64,000 nt of DNA from an uncultured Candidatus Saccharibacteria bacterium (GTDB lineage Bacteria; Patescibacteriota; Minisyncoccia; Phycocordibacterales; CAYSCM01), in NCBI GenBank assembly GCA_964429815.1, contig CAYSCM010000001.1, positions 224,001-288,000 on the forward strand. Reading direction: 5' to 3'. The notes under the pieces are model-generated. The model did no database searches and was not told where the DNA came from. It saw nothing but the letters and a program-made list of their open reading frames with translations. Shown piece by piece: positions 36,268 through 46,112 of the stretch. Position 1 is the stretch's first letter, and each line of letters begins with the position of its first letter. Position numbers and translations under genes: made by a program.

Positions 36268-37125
36268 ATGCAGAGACTCCGTCAGCGCGTCCTACTCTCC
36301 ATCGTTCTCGTGCTCGCCGCCGCCGCAGCGCTTTCGCTCTATGCGCTCGTGCGCGAGAGCGCACATCTCCTCACCGTGGCCTTCCTCGATGTCGGACAGG
36401 GCGATGCCATCTATATAGAATCGCCAACAGGCACTCAAATCGTCGTCGATGGCGGCCCAAACAGCGCGCTCCTGCGTGAGCTTGGCAGAGTTATGCCGCT
36501 CTACGACCGCTCCCTCGACGCAATCGTGGTGACGAATCCCGATGCGGATCACTTCTCCGGTTTTATTGACCTGTTATCCCGTTACAAGGTTGGCATCGAG
36601 CTCGAGCCGGGAACGGAAAAACACACGGTAACCTATCAGACGCTCGAGAATACGCTTAGAGAAAAAGGCGTGAAGCAGATCATTGCGCGACGGGGGATGG
36701 TCTTTAATCTCGGCGGCGGTGCACACCTGGATGTTCTCTACCCCGACAAAGATGTCTCGACGTACACACCAAACGATGGCTCCATTGTCATGCGCCTTGT
36801 CTATGGAAGCACAAATATCCTCCTCATGGGCGACGCGACGGCAAAAGTGGAGAGTCGTCTCCTCGCCATCGCCTCATCGACCTCATACAAGACCGATATT
36901 TTAAAACTCGGCCACCACGGTTCCAAGACGAGCTCCTCGCAGGCATGGCTCGCAGCAGCCTCTCCCGCCTACGCTATAATCTCCGCCGGGCTCAAGAATC
37001 GCTATGGGCTACCGAGCCCGGTCGTCACAGAGCGCCTCGCGAGCGACAGCATCCCGACGCTTGAGACGTTTCGCGATGGCACCCTTATTTTTGAGTCAGA
37101 CGGGAAAAACTTTGTACGAAAGTAA
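36268..37125 (+). CDS. metallo-beta-lactamase-fold protein resembling the ComEC C-terminal domain, encoded separately
   Basis: N-terminal TM; VAFLDVGQGDAIYI...LKLGHHGSKTSS motifs of the ComEC-type MBL domain. Confidence 0.7.
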   Translation: MQRLRQRVLLSIVLVLAAAAALSLYALVRESAHLLTVAFLDVGQGDAIYIESPTGTQIVVDGGPNSALLRELGRVMPLYDRSLDAIVVTNPDADHFSGFIDLLSRYKVGIELEPGTEKHTVTYQTLENTLREKGVKQIIARRGMVFNLGGGAHLDVLYPDKDVSTYTPNDGSIVMRLVYGSTNILLMGDATAKVESRLLAIASSTSYKTDILKLGHHGSKTSSSQAWLAAASPAYAIISAGLKNRYGLPSPVVTERLASDSIPTLETFRDGTLIFESDGKNFVRK

Positions 37126-37147
37126 AACCGCCCTGCAGGGCGGTTTT
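37124..37147. terminator. bidirectional terminator hairpin AAAACCGCCCTGCAGGGCGGTTTT between convergent genes
   Basis: Perfect 10-bp palindrome flanked by A and T runs. Confidence 0.65.
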
Positions 37148-37149
37148 AC

Positions 37150-37392
37150 TTAGATAATCCCGGCGTCTTTGAGAGCCCTGAACGCGCCTTTCTTGTTGAT
37201 GGTTTTGATGCCGGCGGTTGAGACGTTGAGCACAAAGGTTTTCTGTAGCTCGGGAACAAAGATGCGGCGGCGCTGGATGTTGGGCTGGCGGCGAACTTTG
37301 CCGGACGGGTTAAACTGCGTCGCGCGGACGCGATTGCTGTAGCGGCCCCCGACCAGCGAGCCCTTTCCGGTTATGGCGCAAACTTTAGCCAT
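37150..37392 (-). CDS. rpmB: 50S ribosomal protein L28
   Basis: 80 aa; MAKVCAITGKG...GRYSNRVRATQ L28 signature. Confidence 0.85.
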   Translation of the reverse strand: MAKVCAITGKGSLVGGRYSNRVRATQFNPSGKVRRQPNIQRRRIFVPELQKTFVLNVSTAGIKTINKKGAFRALKDAGII

Positions 37393-37448
37393 GATTTCGA
37401 GACCTTATCACAACTGCTGGATCTACGCAAAATCGGCTCTGTGCTAGG

Positions 37449-38090
37449 ATGGTCTTCACGATGGACACTCTCTTTCAGATCATCGTCCTCATTTTTTCCG
37501 TCATTCTCCACGAGGTCTCTCACGGCTATGTCGCGGAGCTCTACGGCGACCCGACCGCGCGGCTCCAGGGGCGCCTTACGCTAAATCCTCTGCGGCACAT
37601 CGACCCATTCGGCTCCGTCATACTTCCCGCACTCCTCGTGCTCTCCGGCTCGCGCGTCCTCATCGGCTGGGCCAAGCCAGTGCCCTACAACCCATACAAC
37701 CTCAAAGGCCGCTTCGCCGAGACCATGGTCGCGCTCGCCGGAGTATTCACAAACCTACTCATTGCCGTCCTTTTCGGCCTCCTCATCCGCTTTGCGGGAG
37801 CGATGATGTCGCCGGCATTTCTCTCGCTCATCAGCACCGTCGTTTACATAAATCTCGTGCTCGCTCTCTTCAATCTCGTGCCTATTCCGCCGCTCGATGG
37901 CTCGCGCGCACTCATTTCTCTCCTGCCGTACCGCCTTCTCGAAACATATCGCCGCTTCGAGGGCGCCATCGCGAGTTTCGGCCTTATCGCCTCGTTTCTT
38001 TTTCTCTTTCTCGTCATTCAGCTTATCTGGCCATTTTTCTCAACGCTCATCCAGTACCTCTTCGTGCTCATTACGGGTGTTTCGCTTTGA
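37449..38090 (+). CDS. M50/site-2-protease-like zinc metalloprotease (membrane)
   Basis: HEVSHG (HExxH) in TM1 and NLVPIPPLDGS motif. Confidence 0.65.
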   Translation: MVFTMDTLFQIIVLIFSVILHEVSHGYVAELYGDPTARLQGRLTLNPLRHIDPFGSVILPALLVLSGSRVLIGWAKPVPYNPYNLKGRFAETMVALAGVFTNLLIAVLFGLLIRFAGAMMSPAFLSLISTVVYINLVLALFNLVPIPPLDGSRALISLLPYRLLETYRRFEGAIASFGLIASFLFLFLVIQLIWPFFSTLIQYLFVLITGVSL

Positions 38091-38170
38091 AATGAAGGCG
38101 CGATTTGCGCCCCGGAGCTCTCTATAGTAGAGTGGCCATGCGCAAAAGGCGCGTTTTTGTTTTAGAAAAA

Positions 38171-38581
38171 ATGTCCACAATAAACCAGCTCGTGAAGCGA
38201 AAGCGCAAGGACGCGAAGCGCAAAACCAAGACGCTCGCTCTTACCTATGGCTTCAACACGCTTGAGAACCGCCCGAGCAATTTTAAGTCGCCCTTCAAGC
38301 GCGGTGTGTGCACGAAAGTCACCACCAAGACCCCTCGCAAGCCTAACTCTGCTATTCGCAAGATCGCCCGCGTTCGCCTCACCAACGGCACCGAAATCAC
38401 CGCCTACATTCCCGGTATGGGGCACACCCTCCAAGAGCATTCGGTAGTGCTTGTGCGTGGAGGTCGCGTAAAGGACGTTGGTCTTCGCTACCAGATTGTG
38501 CGTGGTAAGTACGATGCTACGGGTGTCGATACGCGCCGCCAGGGCCGCTCTCGCTACGGTAACAAGCGACCTAAGGGTTAA
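38171..38581 (+). CDS. rpsL: 30S ribosomal protein S12
   Basis: [13 protein letters not shown]...PKKPNSA(I)RK...GGRVKDLPGVRY pattern. Confidence 0.9.
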   Translation: MSTINQLVKRKRKDAKRKTKTLALTYGFNTLENRPSNFKSPFKRGVCTKVTTKTPRKPNSAIRKIARVRLTNGTEITAYIPGMGHTLQEHSVVLVRGGRVKDVGLRYQIVRGKYDATGVDTRRQGRSRYGNKRPKG

Positions 38582-38647
38582 AAATCAGGATATGAATAAT
38601 CTAGCTATAGCAAAGTTATTCATACGCCAACATCGACAAAGATAATC

Positions 38648-39112
38648 ATGAGAAGGAAAGTTAAGAAGCGAAATATTCCCGGACCGGATCTTGTCTATCA
38701 AAATCCGAAGGTTCACAAGCTCATCAACTACGTGATGAAGGAGGGGAAGAAGAACGCTGCACGCAAAATCGTGTACGGCGCGTTCGATATCATCAAAAAA
38801 GATCATGGCGATCCGGTCGAAGTCCTTGAGCTCGCGCTCAAAAACGTCGGCCCGACTATGGAGGTTCGCTCTCGCCGCGTCGGCGGTGCCAACTACCAGG
38901 TGCCGCGCGAAGTGCGCCCGGAGCGCCGACTCGCTCTCTCCTACCGCTGGCTCCTCGACGCTGCAAATGGCAAGAAGGGAAAGCCTATGGCCGTAAAACT
39001 TGCTGACGAAATTCTCTCTGCTTCGAAAAACGAGGGTTCAGCCGTGAAAAAGCGCGAAGATACGCACAAGATGGCGGAATCTAACCGCGCCTTTGCTCAC
39101 TTTGCGTGGTGA
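38648..39112 (+). CDS. rpsG: 30S ribosomal protein S7
   Basis: 154 aa; RRVGGANYQVPREVRPERR...AVKKREDTHKMAESNRAFAHF. Confidence 0.9.
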   Translation: MRRKVKKRNIPGPDLVYQNPKVHKLINYVMKEGKKNAARKIVYGAFDIIKKDHGDPVEVLELALKNVGPTMEVRSRRVGGANYQVPREVRPERRLALSYRWLLDAANGKKGKPMAVKLADEILSASKNEGSAVKKREDTHKMAESNRAFAHFAW

Positions 39113-39149
39113 TTTTCGAGTAAAGCGAAGAAAATTCTAGTTGCAAATT

Positions 39150-39176
39150 GGAGCATCCCGCTCCAATTTTGTTTTT
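39150..39176 (+). terminator. terminator after rpsG (GGAGCATCCCGCTCC + T-run)
   Basis: Hairpin plus TTTTGTTTTT. Confidence 0.5.
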
Positions 39177-39366
39177 CTGTAGAAGCCAAGGGACACAGTA
39201 CTACGATAGTATCGCAGTATCTCGCAAGGCGCGTGCGCAGGTAGCGTTTATCTCCTGGGCGAAGCGCCTTGCGTCTAAATAACCTCGCAAAATTGGGGTC
39301 GAGGCGCCCACTTCGCCTAGTAAAAATCGCTCAGAAACGAGCAGTTTTTACTTGAAGGCGAAAATA

Positions 39367-39395
39367 TTGACAATTATAAAACTCCAATTTATAAT
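39367..39395 (+). promoter_or_regulatory. consensus sigma70 promoter TTGACA-17-TATAAT driving the inserted membrane ORF
   Basis: Exact hexamers. Confidence 0.6.
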
Positions 39396-39432
39396 GATCC
39401 TAGTGGAATGAGTTCCAACTTTGGAGGAGAAT

Positions 39433-39873
39433 ATGTCCGAGATCTCGCTGATCTGGGTGCTCAGGCTCATCGGTCTCACCACCCTTCTGGGGCTCATTGC
39501 CTTACCGACGGGGATCCATTTTGTTAGACTTTTTATTTACCGACTCGAAAAGAGATGCAGCGTGCGGTTGGAAGCGGCCTCGGCATCACTCTATTTACTT
39601 AGAGAAAGTTTTCGACCCCTGCTCTATATCCCAACTGCGCTAGGGTATCTGCTGTGGATCGCATCGTTTCTTTCGGTGGTTGGGACGACGCCTCTCTTCG
39701 TTCTTTATCTTTTTAAGTCAGACTACCCAATCGCTAGCGCCATCGAGGCCGCTGCCGTATTGGCTGCCTACATAATCGGCTGGCGACTTGGGTCAAGCCT
39801 TCATTTTCTCCAGCTAAAAAAGCTGAATGACGAAGCGCTCCTCGACCTGTATCCCCCGAGTTATGATTATTAG
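39433..39873 (+). CDS. hypothetical polytopic membrane protein inserted between rpsG and fusA
   Basis: RBS GGAGGAG 3 nt before the ATG; 4 predicted TM helices; followed by terminator 39886-39913. Confidence 0.5.
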   Translation: MSEISLIWVLRLIGLTTLLGLIALPTGIHFVRLFIYRLEKRCSVRLEAASASLYLLRESFRPLLYIPTALGYLLWIASFLSVVGTTPLFVLYLFKSDYPIASAIEAAAVLAAYIIGWRLGSSLHFLQLKKLNDEALLDLYPPSYDY

Positions 39874-39885
39874 TACTTTGACGTA

Positions 39886-39913
39886 GAGGACCCGCAACGC
39901 GGGTCCTCTTTTT
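39886..39913 (+). terminator. rho-independent terminator (GAGGACCCGCAACGCGGGTCCTC + TTTTT)
   Basis: 9-bp GC stem plus T-run. Confidence 0.65.
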
Positions 39914-39970
39914 GCAAATTTTCCGCTTTGGAGTATTCTACACATCACGCCACTGGCGCTTATTTTATTT

Positions 39971-42118
39971 ATGAACCGGGACTATCCACTGGAGCGAGTA
40001 CGAAACTTCGGCATCATCGCGCACATCGATGCGGGGAAGACCACCACGTCCGAGCGCGTCCTTTTTTATACCGGCTCCCAGCACAAAATCGGGGAGGTGC
40101 ACGAAGGTGAGACCACGACCGACTGGATGGAGCAGGAGCGCGAGCGCGGCATTACCATTACCGCGGCCGCCATCACTTGCTTCTGGAGCAGGACTGATGA
40201 GGTGGACAAGAATAACAAAGAAAAGAAAACGCGCTTCAACATCATCGACACCCCGGGACACATCGACTTCACCGTCGAAGTGAAGCGCTCGCTTCGCGTG
40301 CTCGACGGGGCCGTCGTCGTTTTCGACGGTGTTGCAGGGGTCGAGCCACAATCCGAAACTAACTGGCGCTACGCGGATGAGGCTTCGGTGCCGCGCATCT
40401 GTTTCATCAACAAACTCGATCGCATGGGCGCCTCCTTTGAGCGCTCCTATCAGTCAATTCTCGACCGCCTCAACAAGAGGGCGGTACGCATGCAGCTCCC
40501 GATCGGGGCAGAGGAAAACTTCTCGGGTGTTGTCGATCTTCTCAAGATGAAAGCGTATCGCTTCGAAGGAAAAATGGGTGAGACCGTCATCGAGATGGAG
40601 ATCCCGGCAGAGCTGATGGATGAGGTTAAGAAGTATCGCGCCGAGCTCATCGAGCGCATCGTTGAAAACGACGATGATGCCATGAATGCCTACCTCGAGG
40701 GCACGGAGCCGTCGATCGATGAGCTCAAGAAAATCCTCCGTAAAGCCGTCATCGCCAATAACATTTTCCCCGTCTACACCGGAAGCGCGCTCAAGAACAA
40801 AGGCGTACAGCTCGTTCTCGACGCCGTCGTCGACTACCTTCCGTCCCCTATCGACCTCCCGCCGGTTAGGGGTACTGACCCAAAGACGGGCGAGGCCATC
40901 GAGCGCAAGCCCTCCGATGCGGATCCGTTCTGTGCGCTCGCCTTTAAGCTCCAGACTGACCCCTTCGTCGGAGCGCTCACGTTCTTCCGCGTCTACTCAG
41001 GCACGGTGGAGGCGGGCTCCTATATCTACAACTCCACGACCAGTACCAAGGAGCGCCTTGGCCGCATCGTGCGCCTTCAAGCGGACAAGCGCGAAGAGGT
41101 GAAGAAGGTGTTTGCCGGTGAAATTGCCGCCGCGGTCGGCCTTAAGGACACAAAGACCTCCCACACGCTATGCGACGAGAGTAAGCCCATCGTGCTCGAG
41201 CAGATCAAATTCCCCGAGCCGGTCATTTCGATGCGCATCGAGCCGAAGACCAAGCAGGACCAGGAAAAAATGGGCATGGCGCTCAAGAAGCTCTCCGATG
41301 AAGATCCGACGTTTAAGGTCTCCGCTGATTCCGAAACTATGGAAACGCTCATCTCGGGCATGGGTGAGCTTCACCTTGAAATTATCGTCGACCGCATGAA
41401 GCGTGAGTTTGGTGTCGAGGCAAACGTCGGCAAACCGCAAGTCGCGTATCGCGAAACTATCCAGAAAGAGGCGGATGCGGAAGGCAAGTACATCAAGCAA
41501 ACCGGCGGTCGCGGCCAGTACGGACACGTACGTATTAAGATCCAACCGCTCCAGCCGATCGATCCAGAGGCGAAGGTCAAGAAAAATGTTTCGCGCGAAG
41601 ATCACTTCGAATTCGTCAACAACATCAAGGGCGGTGTCATTCCGCAGGAGTACATCCCCGCGGTCGAGAAGGGTATCAAGGAAGCGATGGAGCGCGGCAT
41701 CGTCGCGGGCTTCCGCATGGTGGATATTTCTGTCGAGCTCTATGACGGCTCCTATCACGATGTCGACTCCTCGGAAATCGCCTTTAAGATCGCTGGTTCC
41801 ATGGCATTCCAGGATGCCGCCAAGAACGCTCACCCTGTCCTTCTCGAGCCGATTATGAAAGTGGAAGTTGTCGTTCCGGAGAAATTCGTCGGCGACATCA
41901 CCGGCTCTATCAACGGCAAGCGCGGGCAGATCGAGGGTATGGAAGAGCGAGGTATGGCTCGCGCCGTGCGCGCCAAGGTGCCGCTCTCTGAAATGTTCGG
42001 CTATACGACCGCACTCCGCTCCATGACGGAAGGACGCGCTTCCTTCACCATGGAATTTGATCACTACGAAGTGGTACCGCCAAACGTCGCAAAAGAAATT
42101 ACTGAATCTCGCAAGTAG
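39971..42118 (+). CDS. fusA: elongation factor G
   Basis: 715 aa; G-domain [21 protein letters not shown]; domains II-V. Confidence 0.9.
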   Translation: MNRDYPLERVRNFGIIAHIDAGKTTTSERVLFYTGSQHKIGEVHEGETTTDWMEQERERGITITAAAITCFWSRTDEVDKNNKEKKTRFNIIDTPGHIDFTVEVKRSLRVLDGAVVVFDGVAGVEPQSETNWRYADEASVPRICFINKLDRMGASFERSYQSILDRLNKRAVRMQLPIGAEENFSGVVDLLKMKAYRFEGKMGETVIEMEIPAELMDEVKKYRAELIERIVENDDDAMNAYLEGTEPSIDELKKILRKAVIANNIFPVYTGSALKNKGVQLVLDAVVDYLPSPIDLPPVRGTDPKTGEAIERKPSDADPFCALAFKLQTDPFVGALTFFRVYSGTVEAGSYIYNSTTSTKERLGRIVRLQADKREEVKKVFAGEIAAAVGLKDTKTSHTLCDESKPIVLEQIKFPEPVISMRIEPKTKQDQEKMGMALKKLSDEDPTFKVSADSETMETLISGMGELHLEIIVDRMKREFGVEANVGKPQVAYRETIQKEADAEGKYIKQTGGRGQYGHVRIKIQPLQPIDPEAKVKKNVSREDHFEFVNNIKGGVIPQEYIPAVEKGIKEAMERGIVAGFRMVDISVELYDGSYHDVDSSEIAFKIAGSMAFQDAAKNAHPVLLEPIMKVEVVVPEKFVGDITGSINGKRGQIEGMEERGMARAVRAKVPLSEMFGYTTALRSMTEGRASFTMEFDHYEVVPPNVAKEITESRK

Positions 42119-42120
42119 CA

Positions 42121-42150
42121 AAACCCGCTCTCTGGCGGGTTTTGCGCTAG
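42121..42150 (+). terminator. terminator after fusA (AAACCCGCTCTCTGGCGGGTTT)
   Basis: Hairpin plus TTTG. Confidence 0.6.
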
Positions 42151-42176
42151 TTTGTAAGAAGCACAGAGGAGTACCT

Positions 42177-42353
42177 CATGAGTACGCAAAAAGCTAACCC
42201 CGATCCGTTCATCGAGGGCCATCTCCGTGATCGCTACGAGCGCGGCGAGCGGCCGGACTTTCGCGAGCCGCGAAATCCTCTGCCAAAGGTGCGTCCCGGT
42301 GCCTCGATGGAGGTCGTGCCGAGCTTTATCGCCGGACGTAAAAAGAAGTAGCG
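42177..42353 (+). CDS. possible small protein (58 aa), below the ORF-track cutoff
   Basis: AGGAG RBS 6 nt upstream; followed by hairpin GCGGGCCGCCCCTAGGCGGCCCGC; composition plausible but unverified. Confidence 0.3.
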
Positions 42354-42434
42354 TGCGGGCCGCCCCTAGGCGGCCCGCGATTTATTTGCAATACTGCGGT
42401 TAACAACGTTCTTTCATAAACAGAGGAGAGAGTC

Positions 42435-42953
42435 ATGCTGGACACGTTCGGCCGCTCGATCATGGCCCTTTCGAACTCGTCCTCCAGTGGTTACTGGGCC
42501 AGCTGTCGCAGGTGGGAAGGCGTCATTGCCTTCCTCGTCATCATCGATGAAGAAAAGAAAAAGACGGCGGACGTACTGCTCCATCCGCACGACATCGAGC
42601 CTGTGCTCTATTTCTCTCTTACGGTCCCGGGCGTTCGTATCACGGAAAAGAACCGCGAGTCCGTAGGGAAGCTCGCTAGGATGGTCAACGCGCGCTTGCC
42701 GTACATCTCGATAAGCCCGGAGACGGGCGATGGCACGCTCTTCTGCTATTACGTATGGCGCTACCCCCGCATCATCGACGCCAAAGAATTCCGCGATAAC
42801 GTCGAGGAAATCACCGAAGATTTCGGTGAGGTCATGCGAACATTCCACCGCTATTTCCTCTGGCTCGTGCGCGGGAAAATAAGCCTCGAGGATCTGGAGA
42901 AGCTTCTCACTGAGCGCTTCCCCCTTGAGGGAGGCCCCCCGAGGCTCTCCTGA
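42435..42953 (+). CDS. hypothetical protein, YbjN-like (putative sensory-transduction/chaperone-like fold)
   Basis: GGAGAG RBS; preferred over the Arg-rich antisense ORF 42414-43007; followed by palindromic terminator 42969-43004. Confidence 0.45.
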   Translation: MLDTFGRSIMALSNSSSSGYWASCRRWEGVIAFLVIIDEEKKKTADVLLHPHDIEPVLYFSLTVPGVRITEKNRESVGKLARMVNARLPYISISPETGDGTLFCYYVWRYPRIIDAKEFRDNVEEITEDFGEVMRTFHRYFLWLVRGKISLEDLEKLLTERFPLEGGPPRLS

Positions 42954-43012
42954 AATCAAGACGCTCCCCGCGCGGCCCCTTGCGGCCGCGCGGTTTCTCT
43001 TTTTCATTCAGT

Positions 43013-43041
43013 TGACTATTTTTAGAAGCCCCTCTACAATT
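43013..43041 (+). promoter_or_regulatory. promoter TTGACT-17-TACAAT upstream of tuf
   Basis: Good hexamer match. Confidence 0.5.
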
Positions 43042-43201
43042 CCCCCTACGCAAGAGTGCGTTCTTTTTGTTTACCCCGGTGCACGGCCGAGGGTCACAGA
43101 GAGGCGCGCCAGGCAGATTAATAGAAGCCAAGTCTTCTTGGGTCAGGCGTCTCTCGCGCACTTACTCAAGACAGGGTTGGAAAAATTATAAACACATACA
43201 A

Positions 43202-44398
43202 ATGGCAACATTTGACCGTTCGAAGCCGCACGTCAACGTGGGCACCATCGGCCACGTCGACCACGGCAAAACGACGCTCACCGCCGGCATCCTCCATGTT
43301 CTCAACATGGCAGGAGGTGGCTACGGTGCACGCGCCGAAGCTGTCGATCAGATCGACAACGCTCCGGAAGAGAAGGCTCGTGGTATCACCATCGCCCTTC
43401 ATCACTCCGAGTACTGGACGCCTGCGCGCCACTATGCGCACATCGACGCTCCGGGCCACGCTGACTACATCAAAAACATGATCACGGGTGCCGCCCAGAT
43501 GGACGGCGCAGTGCTCGTCGTTGCAGCGACCGACGGTGTCATGCCGCAGACGCGCGAACACATCCTTCTCGCTCGCCAAGTCGGCGTGCCGAAGATCGTC
43601 GTCTTCCTCAACAAGGTAGACATGGTTCCGGATAAAGACCTCATCGACCTCGTCGAAGAGGAAGTCCGCGAGCTCCTTACCAAGAACAACTTCGATGGAG
43701 CTAATGCTCCGGTCATCCGCGGCTCGGGCCTCAAGGCGCTCGAATCGAAGGATATGAACGACGAGTACGCACAGAAGGTGCTCGAACTCGCCAAGGCACT
43801 GGATGAATACATCCCGACACCGGTTCGCGAGACGGACAAGCCGTTCCTCATGCCGATCGAAGACATCTTCTCGATCGAAGGGCGCGGTACTGTCGTCACG
43901 GGCCGCATCGAGCGCGGCAAGGTGAAAGTTGGCGAAGACGTCGAAATCGTCGGTATCAAGCCGACGGCCAAGACGACCGTGACCGGCATCGAAATGTTCA
44001 ACAAGCAGCTCGATGAGGGTCTCGCCGGCGACAACGCAGGCATCCTCCTTCGCGGCACGAAGAAAGAAGATGTACACCGCGGCCAGGTCATTTGTAAGCC
44101 AGGCTCGGTCACTCCTCACACGGAGTTTGAGTCAGAGGTCTACATCCTCAACAAGGATGAGGGCGGTCGCCACACGCCGTTCTTCACCGGCTACAAGCCG
44201 CAATTCTACGTCCGCACGACCGACGTCACCGGCGAGGTCACCCTCGCACAGGGCGTTGAAATGGTCATGCCGGGCGATACCGTTACCTTCAAAGTGAAAC
44301 TCACCGCTCCGGTAGCGCTTGAGGAAAAGCAGCGCTTCGCTATCCGCGAAGGCGGCAAGACCGTCGGCGCCGGCGTCGTCACCAAGATCGTCGCCTAA
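43202..44398 (+). CDS. tuf: elongation factor Tu
   Basis: 399 aa from [28 protein letters not shown]; the ORF-track 5' extension is not coding. Confidence 0.95.
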   Translation: MATFDRSKPHVNVGTIGHVDHGKTTLTAGILHVLNMAGGGYGARAEAVDQIDNAPEEKARGITIALHHSEYWTPARHYAHIDAPGHADYIKNMITGAAQMDGAVLVVAATDGVMPQTREHILLARQVGVPKIVVFLNKVDMVPDKDLIDLVEEEVRELLTKNNFDGANAPVIRGSGLKALESKDMNDEYAQKVLELAKALDEYIPTPVRETDKPFLMPIEDIFSIEGRGTVVTGRIERGKVKVGEDVEIVGIKPTAKTTVTGIEMFNKQLDEGLAGDNAGILLRGTKKEDVHRGQVICKPGSVTPHTEFESEVYILNKDEGGRHTPFFTGYKPQFYVRTTDVTGEVTLAQGVEMVMPGDTVTFKVKLTAPVALEEKQRFAIREGGKTVGAGVVTKIVA

Positions 44399-44427
44399 CC
44401 GCCTCTTACCTCTTCTGATTTCCGACC

Positions 44428-44805
44428 ATGGCAAGCGAAACCACCAAAAAACCCCGCGCACCTCGCACCAAAAAGGCCACTAAGGCCCCCGAGGCGCCGA
44501 TTCAGAAGCTTCGCATACGGGTGCGCGCCTACGAACACAAGCTTCTCGACGCGTCCGTAAAGCAGATCATCGACACGGCAATACGCTTCGACGCGACGGT
44601 CGTGGGGCCGGTTCCGCTTCCTACGGAAATTAAAAAATATACCGTCAATCGCTCGACCTTCGTCCACAAGAATGCGCGAGAGCAGTTCGAGATGCGGGTC
44701 CACAAACGAATGATGGATATCATGAATCCCAATCCGAAGGTGATCGAGGCACTCACGAACCTCAATCTTCCCTCCGGCGTCAACATCGACGTAAAGATGG
44801 TCTAA
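44428..44805 (+). CDS. rpsJ: 30S ribosomal protein S10 with ~25-aa basic N-terminal extension
   Basis: QKLRIRVRAYEHKLLD...GPVPLPT core. Confidence 0.9.
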   Translation: MASETTKKPRAPRTKKATKAPEAPIQKLRIRVRAYEHKLLDASVKQIIDTAIRFDATVVGPVPLPTEIKKYTVNRSTFVHKNAREQFEMRVHKRMMDIMNPNPKVIEALTNLNLPSGVNIDVKMV

Positions 44806-44825
44806 CAAAAATGCGACCACCCAAA

Positions 44826-44850
44826 AACGCTCCCAATCAGGGCGTTTTTT
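44826..44850 (+). terminator. terminator after rpsJ
   Basis: ACGCTCCCAATCAGGGCGT hairpin followed by TTTTTT. Confidence 0.5.
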
Positions 44851-44865
44851 GGTGTTACCGGCACA

Positions 44866-44895
44866 TTGACAAAATGGCCTAATTCGTGCTATAAT
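44866..44895 (+). promoter_or_regulatory. promoter TTGACA-18-TATAAT
   Basis: Exact hexamers; downstream leader contains GTGCAG/CTGCAC inverted repeats. Confidence 0.55.
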
Positions 44896-44962
44896 GTGTG
44901 CAGTATTGAACATCCTGCACTGCAGGCCTGCACCTCAAGGTTTAGGGGTAGGAGTAACTCCG

Positions 44963-45352
44963 ATGACGACCGCCGAAATCAGGATCAGTGGCAAGCGCCC
45001 CCCGAACACTCATGGCATCATGCACCTCTATATTGAGGGACAGGCCAAGCCCATCTACATCTGGACGCCTGAGGAGATCGACTGGCTCTGCGGCCATGCC
45101 GTTCACCGGCTAGACCACGCGTATGACGCTTATCTAAGGGATCTGTCCTGTCCGGAATCGATCGAGAATCCCGAGCTTCGCGAAGCAGTCCGTGTCTGCC
45201 AGAAAGAGCGAGCGGAGAAGGTGCCCCACGAAAAACGCACCTGGCTCCTTCTCTCGCCGAGAAAGATTCGCTATTCGGCGTGGGCGGGGACGCTCGTCCT
45301 TGTCTCGAACCGTGCCCGCATCGAGGAGCTCCTCCAGCTCGCGGCGGCCTAA
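44963..45352 (+). CDS. hypothetical protein (129 aa) inserted between rpsJ and rplC
   Basis: AGGAG RBS 7 nt before ATG 44963; the longer ORF-track version is probably 5'-extended. Confidence 0.45.
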   Translation: MTTAEIRISGKRPPNTHGIMHLYIEGQAKPIYIWTPEEIDWLCGHAVHRLDHAYDAYLRDLSCPESIENPELREAVRVCQKERAEKVPHEKRTWLLLSPRKIRYSAWAGTLVLVSNRARIEELLQLAAA

Positions 45353-45373
45353 GCCCACACGCGCGAACCTATT

Positions 45374-45410
45374 CCGCCCGGAAGTCTCGAACCTCCGGGC
45401 GGTTTTCTTT
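45374..45410 (+). terminator. terminator CCGCCCGGAAGTCTCGAACCTCCGGGCGG + TTTTCTTTT (member of a repeated hairpin family)
   Basis: 9-bp stem; near-identical architecture to 45944-45982. Confidence 0.6.
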
Positions 45411-45438
45411 TGACTTTTTATTTTTTTGTGATATTATT
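45410..45438 (+). promoter_or_regulatory. promoter TTGACT-17-TATTAT
   Basis: Hexamer match; AT-rich spacer. Confidence 0.5.
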
Positions 45439-45482
45439 TTGGAGGCGTCTAGAACCCCCTCAGCACAACTAGGAGTAAGAAT

Positions 45483-45926
45483 ATGAGAAACTCGACCTTC
45501 GGGAAACTCCGCCTCCTGCCTTGGGAGACACGATACACGCCGTTCTCATACTTCATCCGAAATGAAAGAAAAAAGAGAAACGTGTCGCTCAGGGCCTTCT
45601 ATAAATTTCTTGTTGACAGGCACGGAGGACCAATTGTCGGGGTCGATAATTCTCTAATCAGCAGATGGGAAACAGCAAATGCGGAACCGTCCGCTGATGC
45701 AGTGCAAGTTCTTGCAATTATTCTCGAAGTTCCACTGCAGGCGCTAGCATCTCTCATTCCGAGCGCGTGGTCGTTACTACTAATCGAGGTAGCGGATATC
45801 GTGCACATCCTCGCGGAAAGAAAATCCCAGGAGAACATGACGATTGGAGAGATGGTCCGTATGTTGCAGGACCATATTCGCCACAAATACTGGGATGAAA
45901 GCAACGATAGGATTTCACTCAAGTAA
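45483..45926 (+). CDS. XRE/Cro-C1-type helix-turn-helix transcriptional regulator (putative)
   Basis: RBS AGGAGTAAG; segment NVSLRAFYKFLVDRHGG...SLISRWETANAEPSADAVQVLAIILEVPL resembles HTH_XRE; inserted in the S10 operon. Confidence 0.5.
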   Translation: MRNSTFGKLRLLPWETRYTPFSYFIRNERKKRNVSLRAFYKFLVDRHGGPIVGVDNSLISRWETANAEPSADAVQVLAIILEVPLQALASLIPSAWSLLLIEVADIVHILAERKSQENMTIGEMVRMLQDHIRHKYWDESNDRISLK

Positions 45927-45943
45927 CAGATTTTCACCCTTCC

Positions 45944-45982
45944 GCCCGGCAGTCTCGCGACTGCCGGGCGTTTTCTTTTTTA
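45944..45982 (+). terminator. terminator CGCCCGGCAGTCTCGCGACTGCCGGGCG + TTTTCTTTTTT
   Basis: 12-bp stem plus T-run. Confidence 0.65.
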
Positions 45983-46112
45983 TTTGCATATTTTTAGAGG
46001 TTCCTGTAGTGTGTCCCCATTCGCTACGTTCTCTAGGGAATACCCGGTGGGAACCAATGGCAAGAAGGCTCTAAGAGCCCGGCGCCATTGTTGGCGTTTT
46101 TTTGTTTCAACC

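Noticed and set aside
42414-43007. 197-aa minus-strand ORF
   Set aside because: It is Arg/Ala-rich (RAAARGRAG), typical of GC-rich antisense. The overlapping plus-strand ORF 42435-42953 has an RBS and protein-like composition and is preferred.
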